The notes under the pieces were generated by a model. It searched no databases and was not told the DNA's origin. It saw nothing but the letters and a program-made list of their open reading frames with translations. A program made the position numbers and the translations under genes. From NCBI GenBank assembly GCA_964016885.1, contig OZ024748.1, forward strand, positions 39,370,001 through 39,434,000: a stretch of 64,000 nucleotides of DNA, in the 5' to 3' direction. The DNA is from Eledone cirrhosa (taxonomy: Eukaryota). Of the stretch, positions 1 through 12,989 are shown one piece after another (position 1 is the first letter of the stretch; every line of letters starts with the position of its first letter).

Positions 1-3000
1 CCTATTTCTAATGAAAGACACTGTCTATGTCATTAACCCTTTCATTACCATATTTCTAATGAAAGTCACTGTCTATGTCATTAAACCTTTCATTACCATA
101 TTTCTAATGAAAGTCACTGTCTATTTCATTAACCCTTTCATTACCATATTTCTAATGAAAGACACTGTCTATGTCATTAACCCTTTCATTACCATATTTC
201 TAATGAAAGACACTGTCTATGTCATTAACCCTTTCATTACCATATTTCTAATGAAATTCACTGTCTATGTCATTAACCCTTTCATTACCATATTTCTAAT
301 GAAAGACACATTTTATGTCATTAATCCTTTCATTACCATATTTCTAATGGAAGTCACTGTCTATGTCATTAACCCTTTCATTACCATATTTCTAATGAAA
401 GTGACTGTCTATGTCATTAACCCTTTCATTACCATATTTCTAATGAAAGTCACTGTCTATGTCATTAACCCTTTCATTTCCATATTTCTAATGAAAGACA
501 CAGTCTATGTCATTAATCCTTTCATTACCATATTTCTAATGAAAGTCACTGTCTATGTCATTAACCCTTTCATTACCATATTTCTAATAAAAGTCACTGT
601 CTATTTCATTAACCCTTTCATTACCATATTTCTAATGAAAGACACTGTCTATGTCATTAACCCTTTCATTACCATATTTCGAATGAAAGACACTGTTTAT
701 TTCATTAACCCTTTCATTACCATATTTCTAATGAAAGACACTGTCTATGTCATTAACCCTTTCATTACCATATTTCTAATGAAAGACACTGTCTATTTCA
801 TTAACCCTTTCATTACCATATTTCTAATGAAAGTCACTGTCTATTTCATTAACCCTTTCATTACCATATTTCTAATGAAAGACACTGTCTATGTGATTAA
901 CCCTGTCATTACCATATTTCTAATGAAAGTTACTGTCTATGTCAGTAACCCTGTCATTACCATATTTCTAATGAAAGTCACTGTCTATGTCATTAACCCT
1001 TTCATTACCATATTTCTAATGAAAGACACTGTCTATGTGATTAACCCTGTCGTTACCATATTTCTAATGAAAGTTACTGTCTATGTCAGTAACCCTGTCA
1101 TTACCATATTTCTAATGAAAGACACTGTCTATGTCATTAACCCTTTCATTACCATATTTCTAATGAAAGACACTGTCTATTTCATTAACCCTTTCATTAC
1201 CATATTTATAATGAAACACACTGTCTATGTCATTAACCCTTTCATTACCATATTTCTAATGAAAGACACTGTCTATGTCATTAACCTTTTCATTACCATA
1301 TTTCTAATGAAAGTCACTGTCTATGTCATTAACTCTTTCATTACCCTATTTCTAATGAAAGACACTGCCAATGTCATTAACCCTTTCATTACCATATTTC
1401 TGACACTGTCTATGTCATTAACCCTTTCATTACCATATTTCTAATAAAAGACACTGTCTATATCATTAACCATTTCATTACCATATTTCTAATGAAAGAC
1501 ACTGTCTATGCAATTAACCCTTTCATTAACATATTTCTCACAAAAGCCACTGTTTATGTCATTGACCATTTCATTACCATATTTCTAATGAAAGACATTG
1601 TCTATGTCAATAACACATTCATTACCATATTTCTAATGAAAGACACTGCCGATGTCATTAACCCTTTCATTACAATATTTCTGAGACTGTCTATTTCATT
1701 AACCCTTTCATTACCATATTTCTAATGAAAGACACTGTCTATGTCATTAACCCTTTCATTACCATATTTCTAATGAAAGACACTGTTTATTTCATTAACC
1801 CTTTCATTACAATATTTCTAATGAAAGACACTGTCTATTTCATTAACCCTTTCATTACCATATTTCCTATGAAAGACACTGTCTATTTCATTAACCCTTT
1901 CATTACCATATTTCTAATGAAAGTCACTGTCTATGTGATTAACCCTGTCATTACCATATTTCTAATGAAAGTTACTGTCTATGTCAGTAACCCTGTCATT
2001 ACCATATTTCTAATGAAAGTCACTGTCTATGTCATTAACCCTTTCATTACCATATTTCTAATGAAAGACACTGTCTATGTGATTAACCCTGTCGTTACCA
2101 TATTTCTAATGAAAGTCACTGTCTATGTCATTAACCCTGTCGTTACCATATTTCTAATGAAAGTTACTGTCTATGTCAGTAACCCTGTCATTACCAAATT
2201 TCTAATGAAAGACACTGTCTATACCATTAACCCTTTCATTACCATATTTCTAATGAAAGACACTGTCTATTTCATTAACCCTTTCATTACCATATTTCTA
2301 ATGAAAGACACTGTCTATGTCATTAACCCTTTCATTACCATATTTCTAATGAAAGACACTGTCTATGTCATTAACCCTTTCATTACCATATTTCTAATGA
2401 AAGTCACTGTCTATGTCATTAACCCTTTCATTACCCTATTTCTAATGAAAGACACTGTCTATGTCATTAACCCTTTCATTACCATATTTCTAATGAAAGT
2501 CACTGTCTATGTCATTAACCCTTTCATTACCATATTTCTAATGAAAGTCACTGTCTATTTCATTAACCCTTTCATTACCATATTTCTAATGAAAGACACT
2601 GTCTATGTCATTAACCCTTTCATTACCATATTTCTAATGAAAGACACTGTCTATGTCATTAACCCTTTCATTACCATATTTCTAATGAAAGTCACTGTCT
2701 ATGTCATTAACCCTTTCATTACCATATTTCTAATGAAAGACACATTCTATGTCATTAATCCTTTCATTACCATATTTCTAATGGAAGTCACTGTCTATGT
2801 CATTAACCCTTTCATTACCATATTTCTAATGAAAGTGACTGTCTATGTCATTAACCCTTTCATTACCATATTTCTACTGAAAGTCACTGTCTATGTCATT
2901 AACCCTTTCATTTCCATATTTCTAATGAAAGACACAGTCTATGTCATTAATCCTTTCATTACCATATTTCTAATGAAAGTCACTGTCTATGTCATTAACC

Positions 3001-5200
3001 CTTTCATTACCATATTTCTAATAAAAGTCACTGTCTATTTCATTAACCCTTTCATTACCATATTTCTAATGAAAGACACTGTCTATGTCATTAACCCTTT
3101 CATTACCATATTTCGAATGAAAGACACTGTTTATTTCATTAACCCTTTCATTACCATATTTCTAATGAAAGACACTGTGTATGTCATTAACCCTTTCATT
3201 ACCATATTTCTAATGAAAGACACTGTCTATTTCATTAACCCTGTCATTACCATATTTCTAATGAAAGTTACTGTCTATGTCAGTAACCCTGTCATTACCA
3301 TATTTCTAATGAAAGTCACTGTCTATGTCATTAACCCTTTCATTACCATATTTCTAATGAAAGACACTGTCTATGTGATTAACCCTGTCGTTACCATATT
3401 TCTAATGAAAGTTACTGTCTATGTCAGTAACCCTGTCATTACCATATTTCTAATGAAAGACACTGTCTATGTCATTAACCCTTTCATTACCATATTTCTA
3501 ATGAAAGACACTGTCTATTTCATTAACCCTTTCATTACCATATTTCTAATGAAAGACACTGTCTATGTCATTAACCCTGTCATTACCATATTTCTAATGA
3601 AATTTACTGTCTATGTCAGTAACCCTGTCATTACCATATTTCTAATGAAAGTCACTGTCTATGTCATTAACCCTTTCATTACCATATTTCTAATGAAAGA
3701 CACTGTCTAAGTGATTAACCCTGTCGTTACCATATTTCTAATGAAAGTTACTGTCTATGTCAGTAACCCTGTCATTACCAAATTTCTAATGAAAGACACT
3801 GTCTATATCATTAACCCTTTCATTACCATATTTCTAATGAAAGACACTGTCTATTTCATTAACCCTTTCATTACCATATTTCTAATGAAAGACACTGTCT
3901 ATGTCATTAAACCTTTCATTACCATATTTCTAATGAAAGACACTGTCTATGTCATTAACCCTTTCATTACCATATTTCTAATGAAAGTCACTGTCTATGT
4001 CATTAACCCTTTCATTACCCTATTTCTAATGAAAGACACTGTCTATGTCATTAACCCTTTCATTACCATATTTCTAATGAAAGTCACTGTCTATGTCATT
4101 AAACCTTTCATTACCATATTTCTAATGAAAGTCACTGTCTATTTCATTAACCCTTTCATTACCATATTTCTAATGAAAGACACTGTCTATGTCATTAACC
4201 CTTTCATTACCATATTTCTAATGAAAGACACTGTCTATGTCATTAACCCTTTCATTACCATATTTCTAATGAAATTCACTGTCTATGTCATTAACCCTTT
4301 CATTACCATATTTCTAATGAAAGACACATTTTATGTCATTAATCCTTTCATTACCATATTTCTAATGGAAGTCACTGTCTATGTCATTAACCCTTTCATT
4401 ACCATATTTCTAATGAAAGTGACTGTCTATGTCATTAACCCTTTCATTACCATATTTCTAATGAAAGTCACTGTCTATGTCATTAACCCTTTCATTTCCA
4501 TATTTCTAATGAAAGACACAGTCTATGTCATTAATCCTTTCATTACCATATTTCTAATGAAAGTCACTGTCTATGTCATTAACCCTTTCATTACCATATT
4601 TCTAATAAAAGTCACTGTCTATTTCATTAACCCTTTCATTACCATATTTCTAATGAAAGACACTGTCTATGTCATTAACCCTTTCATTACCATATTTCGA
4701 ATGAAAGACACTGTTTATTTCATTAACCCTTTCATTACCATATTTCTAATGAAAGACACTGTCTATGTCATTAACCCTTTCATTACCATATTTCTAATGA
4801 AAGACACTGTCTATTTCATTAACCCTTTCATTACCATATTTCTAATGAAAGTCACTGTCTATTTCATTAACCCTTTCATTACCATATTTCTAATGAAAGA
4901 CACTGTCTATGTGATTAACCCTGTCATTACCATATTTCTAATGAAAGTTACTGTCTATGTCAGTAACCCTGTCATTACCATATTTCTAATGAAAGTCACT
5001 GTCTATGTCATTAACCCTTTCATTACCATATTTCTAATGAAAGACACTGTCTATGTGATTAACCCTGTCGTTACCATATTTCTAATGAAAGTTACTGTCT
5101 ATGTCAGTAACCCTGTCATTACCATATTTCTAATGAAAGACACTGTCTATGTCATTAACCCTTTCATTACCATATTTCTAATGAAAGACACTGTCTATTT
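1..5200. repeat. Higher-order duplication, offset 4018 bp (about 1-1200 recurs at about 4020-5200), with a related copy at about 2450-3550
   Basis: Rare markers ATTAAACCT (83 and 4101) and GAAATTCACT (253 and 4271) share the same offset. 4018 = 84x48-14, consistent with two intervening 41-bp monomers. Confidence 0.85.
39..65. other. Intra-array inverted repeat, once per 48-bp period (first copy shown): CTTTCATTA-ccatatttc-TAATGAAAG, 9-bp stem with 9-nt loop
   Basis: 39-47 CTTTCATTA is the exact reverse complement of 57-65 TAATGAAAG. It is present in most periods and extends to 10 bp before AAAGGCACT variants. Confidence 0.9.
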
Positions 5201-5349
5201 CATTAACCCTTTCATTACCATATTTCTAATGAAAGACACTGTCTATGTCATTAACCCTTTCATTACCATATTTCTAATGAAAGACACTGTCTATGTCATT
5301 AACCCTTTCATTACCATATTTCTAATGAATGTCACTGTCTATGTCATTA

Positions 5350-8300
5350 ACCCTTTCATTACCATATTTCTAATGAAAGTCACTGTCTATGTCATTAACC
5401 CTTTCATTACCATATTTCTAATGAAAGTCACTGTCTATTTCATTAACCCTTTCATTACCATATTTCTAATGAAAGACACTGTCTATGTCATTAACCCTTT
5501 CATTACCATATTTCTAATGAAAGACACTGTCTATGTCATTTACCCTTTCATTACCATATTTCTAATAAAAGTCACTGCCTATGTCATTAACCCTTTCATT
5601 ACCATATTTCTAATGAAAGTCACTGTCTATGTCATTAACCCCTTCATTACCATATTTCTAATGAAAGACACATTCTATGTCATTAATCCTTTCATTACCA
5701 TATTTCTAATGGAAGTCACTGTCTATGTCATTAACCCTTTCATTACCATATTTCTAATGAAAGTCACTGTCTATCTCATTAACCCTTTCATTACCATATT
5801 TCTAATGAAAGACACTGTCTATTTCATTAACCCTTTCATTACCATATTTCTAATGGAAGACACTGTCTATGTCATTAACCCTTTCATTACCATATTTCTA
5901 ATAAAAGTCACTGTCTATGTCATTAACCCTTTCATTACCATATTTCTAATGAAAGTCACTGTCTATGTCATTAACCCTTTCATTACCATATTTCTAATGA
6001 AAGACACTGTCTATGTGATTAACCCTGTCGTTACCATATTTCTAATGAAAGTTACTGTCTATGTCAGTAACCCTGTCATTACCATATTTCTAATGAAAGA
6101 CACTGTCTATGTCATTAACCCTTTCATTACCATATTTCTAATGAAAGACACTGTCTATTTCATTAACCCTTTCATTACCATATTTCTAATGAAAGACACT
6201 GTCTATGTCATTAACCCTTTCATTACCATATTTCTAATGAAAGACACTGTCTATGTCATTAACCCTTTCATTACCATATTTCTAATGAATGTCACTGTCT
6301 ATGTCATTAACCCTTTCATTACCATATTTCTAATGAAAGACACTGTCTATGTCATTAACCATTTCATTACCATATTTCTAATGAAATCACTGTCTATGTC
6401 ATTAACCCTTTCATTACCATATTTCTAATGAAAGTCACTGTCTATGTCATTAACCCTTTCATTACCATATTTCTAATGAAAGTCACTGTCTATTTCATTA
6501 ACCCTTTCATTACCATATTTCTAATGAAAGACACTGTCTATGTCATTAACCCTTTCATTACCATATTTCTAATGAAAGACATTGTCTATGTCATTTACCC
6601 TTTCATTACCATATTTCTAATAAAAGTCACTGCCTATGTCATTAACCCTTTCATTACCATATTTCTAATGAAAGTCACTGTCTATGTCATTAACCCCTTC
6701 ATTACCATATTTCTAATGAAAGACACATTCTATGTCATTAATCCTTTCATTACCATATTTCTAATGGAAGTCACTGTCTATGTCATTAACCCTTTCATTA
6801 CCATATTTCTAATGAAAGTCACTGTCTATCTCATTAACCCTTTCATTACCATATTTCTAATGAAAGACACTGTCTATTTCATTAACCCTTTCATTACCAT
6901 ATTTCTAATGGAAGACACTGTCTATGTCATTAACCCTTTCATTACCATATTTCTAATAAAAGTCACTGTCTATGTCATTAACCCTTTCATTACCATATTT
7001 CTAATGAAAGTCACTGTCTATGTCATTAACCCTTTCATTACCATATTTCTAATGAAAGACACATTCTATGTCATTAATCCTTTCATTACCATATTTCTAA
7101 TGGAAGTCACTGTCTATGTCATTAACCCTTTCATTACCATATTTCTAATGAAAGTCACTGTCTATCTCATTAACCCTTTCATTACCATATTTCTAATGAA
7201 AGACACTGTCTATTTCATTAACCCTTTCATTACCATATTTCTAATGAAAAACACTGTCTATGTCATTAACCCTTTCATTACCATATTTCTAATGAAAGAC
7301 ACTGTCTATGTCATTAACCCTTTCATTACCATATTTCTAATGAAAGTCACTGTCTATGTCATTAATCCTTTCATTACCATATTTCTAATGAAAGTCACTG
7401 TCTATGTCATTAACCCTTTCATTACCATATTTCTAATAAAAGTCACTGTCTATTTCATTAACCCTTTCATTACCATATTTCTAATGAAAGACACTGTCTA
7501 TGTCATTAACCCTTTCATTACCATATTTCGAATGAAAGACACTGTTTATTTCATTAACCCTTTGATTACCATATTTCTAATGAAAGACACTGTCTATGTC
7601 ATTAACCCTTTCATTACCATATTTCTAATGAAAGACACTGTCTATTTCATTAACCCTTTCATTACCATATTTCTAATGAAAGTCACTGTCTATGTCATTA
7701 ACCCTTTCATTACCATATTTCTAATGAAAGACACTGTCTATGTGATTAACCCTGTCATTACCATATTTCTAATGAAAGTTACTGTCTATGTCAGTAACCC
7801 TGTCATTACCATATTTCTAATGAAAGTCACTGTCTATGTCATTAACCCTTTCATTACCATATTTCTAATGAAAGACACTGTCTATGTGATTAACCCTGTC
7901 GTTACCATATTTCTAATGAAAGTTACTGTCTATGTCAGTAACCCTGTCATTACCATATTTCTAATGAAAGACACTGTCTATGTCATTAACCCTTTCATTA
8001 CCATATTTCTAATGAAAGACACTGTCTATTTCATTAACCCTTTCATTACCATATTTCTAATGAAAGACACTGTCTATGTCATTAACCCTTTCATTACCAT
8101 ATTTCTAATGAAAGACACTGTCTATGTCATTAACCCTTTCATTACCATATTTCTAATGAATGTCACTGTCTATGTCATTAACCCTTTCATTACCATATTT
8201 CTAATGAAAGACACTGTCTATGTCATTAACCATTTCATTACCATATTTCTAATGAAATCACTGTCTATGTCATTAACCCTTTCATTACCATATTTCTAAT

Positions 8301-11300
8301 GAAAGTCACTGTCTATGTCATTAACCCTTTCATTACCATATTTCTAATGAAAGTCACTGTCTATTTCATTAACCCTTTCATTACCATATTTCTAATGAAA
8401 GACACTGTCTATGTCATTAACCCTTTCATTACCATATTTCTAATGAAAGACACTGTCTATGTCATTTACCCTTTCATTACCATATTTCTAATAAAAGTCA
8501 CTGCCTATGTCATTAACCCTTTCATTACCATATTTCTAATGAAAGTCACTGTCTATGTCATTAACCCCTTCATTACCATATTTCTAATGAAAGACACATT
8601 CTATGTCATTAATCCTTTCATTACCATATTTCTAATGGAAGTCACTGTCTATGTCATTAACCCTTTCATTACCATATTTCTAATGAAAGACACTGTCTAT
8701 TTCATTAACCCTTTCATTACCATATTTCTAATGAAAGACACTGTCTATGTCATTAACCCTTTCATTACCATATTTCTAATGAAAGACACTGTCTATGTCA
8801 TTAACCCTTTCATTACCATATTTCTAATGAATGTCACTGTCTATGTCATTAACCCTTTCATTACCATATTTCTAATGAAAGACACTGTCTATGTCATTAA
8901 CCATTTCATTACCATATTTCTAATGAAATCACTGTCTATGTCATTAACCCTTTCATTACCATATTTCTAATGAAAGTCACTGTCTATGTCATTAACCCTT
9001 TCATTACCATATTTCTAATGAAAGTCACTGTCTATTTCATTAACCCTTTCATTACCATATTTCTAATGAAAGACACTGTCTATGTCATTAACCCTTTCAT
9101 TACCATATTTCTAATGAAAGACACTGTCTATGTCATTTACCCTTTCATTACCATATTTCTAATAAAAGTCACTGCCTATGTCATTAACCCTTTCATTACC
9201 ATATTTCTAATGAAAGTCACTGTCTATGTCATTAACCCCTTCATTACCATATTTCTAATGAAAGACACATTCTATGTCATTAATCCTTTCATTACCATAT
9301 TTCTAATGGAAGTCACTGTCTATGTCATTAACCCTTTCATTACCATATTTCTAATGAAAGTCACTGTCTATCTCATTAACCCTTTCATTACCATATTTCT
9401 AATGAAAGACACTGTCTATTTCATTAACCCTTTCATTACCATATTTCTAATGGAAGACACTGTCTATGTCATTAACCCTTTCATTACCATATTTCTAATA
9501 AAAGTCACTGTCTATGTCATTAACCCTTTCATTACCATATTTCTAATGAAAGTCACTGTCTATGTCATTAACCCTTTCATTACCATATTTCTAATGAAAG
9601 ACACTGTCTATGTGATTAACCCTGTCGTTACCATATTTCTAATGAAAGTTACTGTCTATGTCAGTAACCCTGTCATTACCATATTTCTAATGAAAGTCAC
9701 TGTCTATGTCATTAACCCTTTCATTACCATATTTCTAATGAAAGACACTGTCTTTGTGATTAACCCTGTCGTTACCATATTTCTAATGAAAGTTACTGTC
9801 TATGTCAGTAACCCTGTCATTACCATATTTCTAATGAAAGACACTGTCTATGTCATTAACCCTTTCATTACCATATTTCTAATGAAAGACACTGTCTATT
9901 TCATTAACCCTTTCATTACCATATTTCTAATGAAAGACACTGTCTATGTCATTAACCCTTTCATTACCATATTTCTAATGAAAGACACTGTCTATGTCAT
10001 TAACCCTTTCATTACCATATTTCTAATGAATGTCACTGTCTATGTCATTAACCCTTTCATTACCATATTTCTAATGAAAGACACTGTCTATGTCATTAAC
10101 CATTTCATTACCATATTTCTAATGAAATCACTGTCTATGTCATTAACCCTTTCATTACCATATTTCTAATGAAAGTCACTGTCTATGTCATTAACCCTTT
10201 CATTACCATATTTCTAATGAAAGTCACTGTCTATTTCATTAACCCTTTCATTACCATATTTCTAATGAAAGACACTGTCTATGTCATTAACCCTTTCATT
10301 ACCATATTTCTAATGAAAGACACTGTCTATGTCATTTACCCTTTCATTACCATATTTCTAATAAAAGTCACTGCCTATGTCATTAACCCTTTCATTACCA
10401 TATTTCTAATGAAAGTCACTGTCTATGTCATTAACCCCTTCATTACCATATTTCTAATGAAAGACACATTCTATGTCATTAATCCTTTCATTACCATATT
10501 TCTAATGGAAGTCACTGTCTATGTCATTAACCCTTTCATTACCATATTTCTAATGAAAGTCACTGTCTATCTCATTAACCCTTTCATTACCATATTTCTA
10601 ATGAAAGACACTGTCTATTTCATTAACCCTTTCATTACCATATTTCTAATGGAAGACACTGTCTATGTCATTAACCCTTTCATTACCATATTTCTAATAA
10701 AAGTCACTGTCTATGTCATTAACCCTTTCATTACCATATTTCTAATGAAAGTCACTGTCTATGTCATTAACCCTTTCATTACCATATTTCTAATGAAAGA
10801 CACTGTCTATGTGATTAACCCTGTCGTTACCATATTTCTAATGAAAGTTACTGTCTATGTCAGTAACCCTGTCATTACCATATTTCTAATGAAAGACACT
10901 GTCTATGTCATTAACCCTTTCATTACCATATTTCTAATGAAAGACACTGTCTATTTCATTAACCCTTTCATTACCATATTTCTAATGAAAGACACTGTCT
11001 ATGTCATTAACCCTTTCATTACCATATTTCTAATGAAAGACACTGTCTATGTCATTAACCCTTTCATTACCATATTTCTAATGAATGTCACTGTCTATGT
11101 CATTAACCCTTTCATTACCATATTTCTAATGAAAGACACTGTCTATGTCATTAACCATTTCATTACCATATTTCTAATGAAATCACTGTCTATGTCATTA
11201 ACCCTTTCATTACCATATTTCTAATGAAAGTCACTGTCTATGTCATTAACCCTTTCATTACCATATTTCTAATGAAAGTCACTGTCTATTTCATTAACCC

Positions 11301-12150
11301 TTTCATTACCATATTTCTAATGAAAGACACTGTCTATGTCATTAACCCTTTCATTACCATATTTCTAATGAAAGACACTGTCTATGTCATTTACCCTTTC
11401 ATTACCATATTTCTAATAAAAGTCACTGCCTATGTCATTAACCCTTTCATTACCATATTTCTAATGAAAGTCACTGTCTATGTCATTAACCCCTTCATTA
11501 CCATATTTCTAATGAAAGACACATTCTATGTCATTAATCCTTTCATTACCATATTTCTAATGGAAGTCACTGTCTATGTCATTAACCCTTTCATTACCAT
11601 ATTTCTAATGAAAGTCACTGTCTATCTCATTAACCCTTTCATTACCATATTTCTAATGAAAGACACTGTCTATTTCATTAACCCTTTCATTACCATATTT
11701 CTAATGGAAGACACTGTCTATGTCATTAACCCTTTCATTACCATATTTCTAATAAAAGTCACTGTCTATGTCATTAACCCTTTCATTACCATATTTCTAA
11801 TGAAAGTCACTGTCTATGTCATTAACCCTTTCATTACCATATTTCTAATGAAAGACACATTCTATGTCATTAATCCTTTCATTACCATATTTCTAATGGA
11901 AGTCACTGTCTATGTCATTAACCCTTTCATTACCATATTTCTAATGAAAGTCACTGTCTATCTCATTAACCCTTTCATTACCATATTTCTAATGAAAGAC
12001 ACTGTCTATTTCATTAACCCTTTCATTACCATATTTCTAATGAAAAACACTGTCTATGTCATTAACCCTTTCATTACCATATTTCTAATGAAAGACACTG
12101 TCTATGTCATTAACCCTTTCATTACCATATTTCTAATGAAAGTCACTGTC
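5350..12150. repeat. Variable-length higher-order repeat (shortest complete unit 22 monomers) tagged by a 1-bp-deleted monomer ATGAAATCACTG
   Basis: Units restart at 6428, 8299, 8970, 10169 and 11224. Spacings 1871, 671, 1199 and 1055 equal 39, 14, 25 and 22 monomers minus 1 bp. Shared markers: ATTTACCCT, ACTGCCTAT, AACCCCTTC, ATGAATGTC, AACCATTTC. Confidence 0.88.
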
Positions 12151-12989
12151 TATGTCATTAACTCTTTCATTACCATATTTCTAATGAAAGACACTGTCTA
12201 TTTCATTAACCCTTTCATTACCCTATTTCTAATGAAAGACACTGCCAATGTCATTAACCCTTTCATTACCATATTTCTGACACTGTCTATGTCATTAACC
12301 CTTTCATTACCATATTTCTAATAAAAGACACTGTCTATATCATTAACCCTTTCATTACCATATTTCTAATGAAAGACACTGTCTATGCAATTAACCCTTT
12401 CATTAACATATTTCTCACAAAAGCCACTGTTTATGTCATTGACCATTTCATAACCATATTTCTAATGAAAGACATTGTCTATGTCAATAACACATTCATT
12501 ACCATATTTCTAATGAAAGACACTGCCGATGTCATTAACCCTTTCATTACCATATTTCTGAGACTGTCTATTTTATTAACCCTTTCATTACCATATTTCT
12601 AATGAAAGACACTGTCTATTTCATTAACCTTTTCATTACCATATTTCTAATGAAAGTCACGGTCTATGTCATTAATCCTTTCATTACCATATTTCTAATG
12701 AAAGTCACTGTCTATGTCATTAACCCTTTCATTACCATATTTGTAATGAAAGACACTGTCTATGTGATTAACCCTGTCATTACCATATTTCTAGTGAAAT
12801 TTACTGTCTATGTCAGTAACCCTGTCATTACCATATTTCTAATGAAAGTCACTGTCTATGTCATTAACCCTTTCATTACCATATTTCTAATGAAAGACAC
12901 TGTCTATGTGATTAACCCTGTCGTTACCATATTTCTAATGAAAGTCACTGTCTATTTCATTAACCCTTTCATTACCATATTTCTAATGA

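Noticed and set aside
19-25. V(D)J RSS or Transib-like heptamer (CACTGTC, CACAGTC variant)
   Set aside because: Only a 6/7 match, and no ACAAAAACC-like nonamer at 12- or 23-bp spacing.
34-40. Telomeric repeat (TAACCCT, i.e. AGGGTTA on the minus strand) or G-quadruplex
   Set aside because: Only one hexamer per 48 bp and never tandem; single GGG runs about 45 nt apart do not fit a canonical G4. A subtelomeric location cannot be inferred.
39-65. Rho-independent terminator or REP element
   Set aside because: The stem is AT-rich with no U-tract, there are no adjacent genes, and nothing indicates a prokaryotic context.
1721-1727. Stop/start overlaps (TAATG) between consecutive ORFs, suggesting an operon with translational coupling
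   Set aside because: CTAATG is in nearly every monomer, so many frameshifts automatically end at a TAA overlapping the next ATG.
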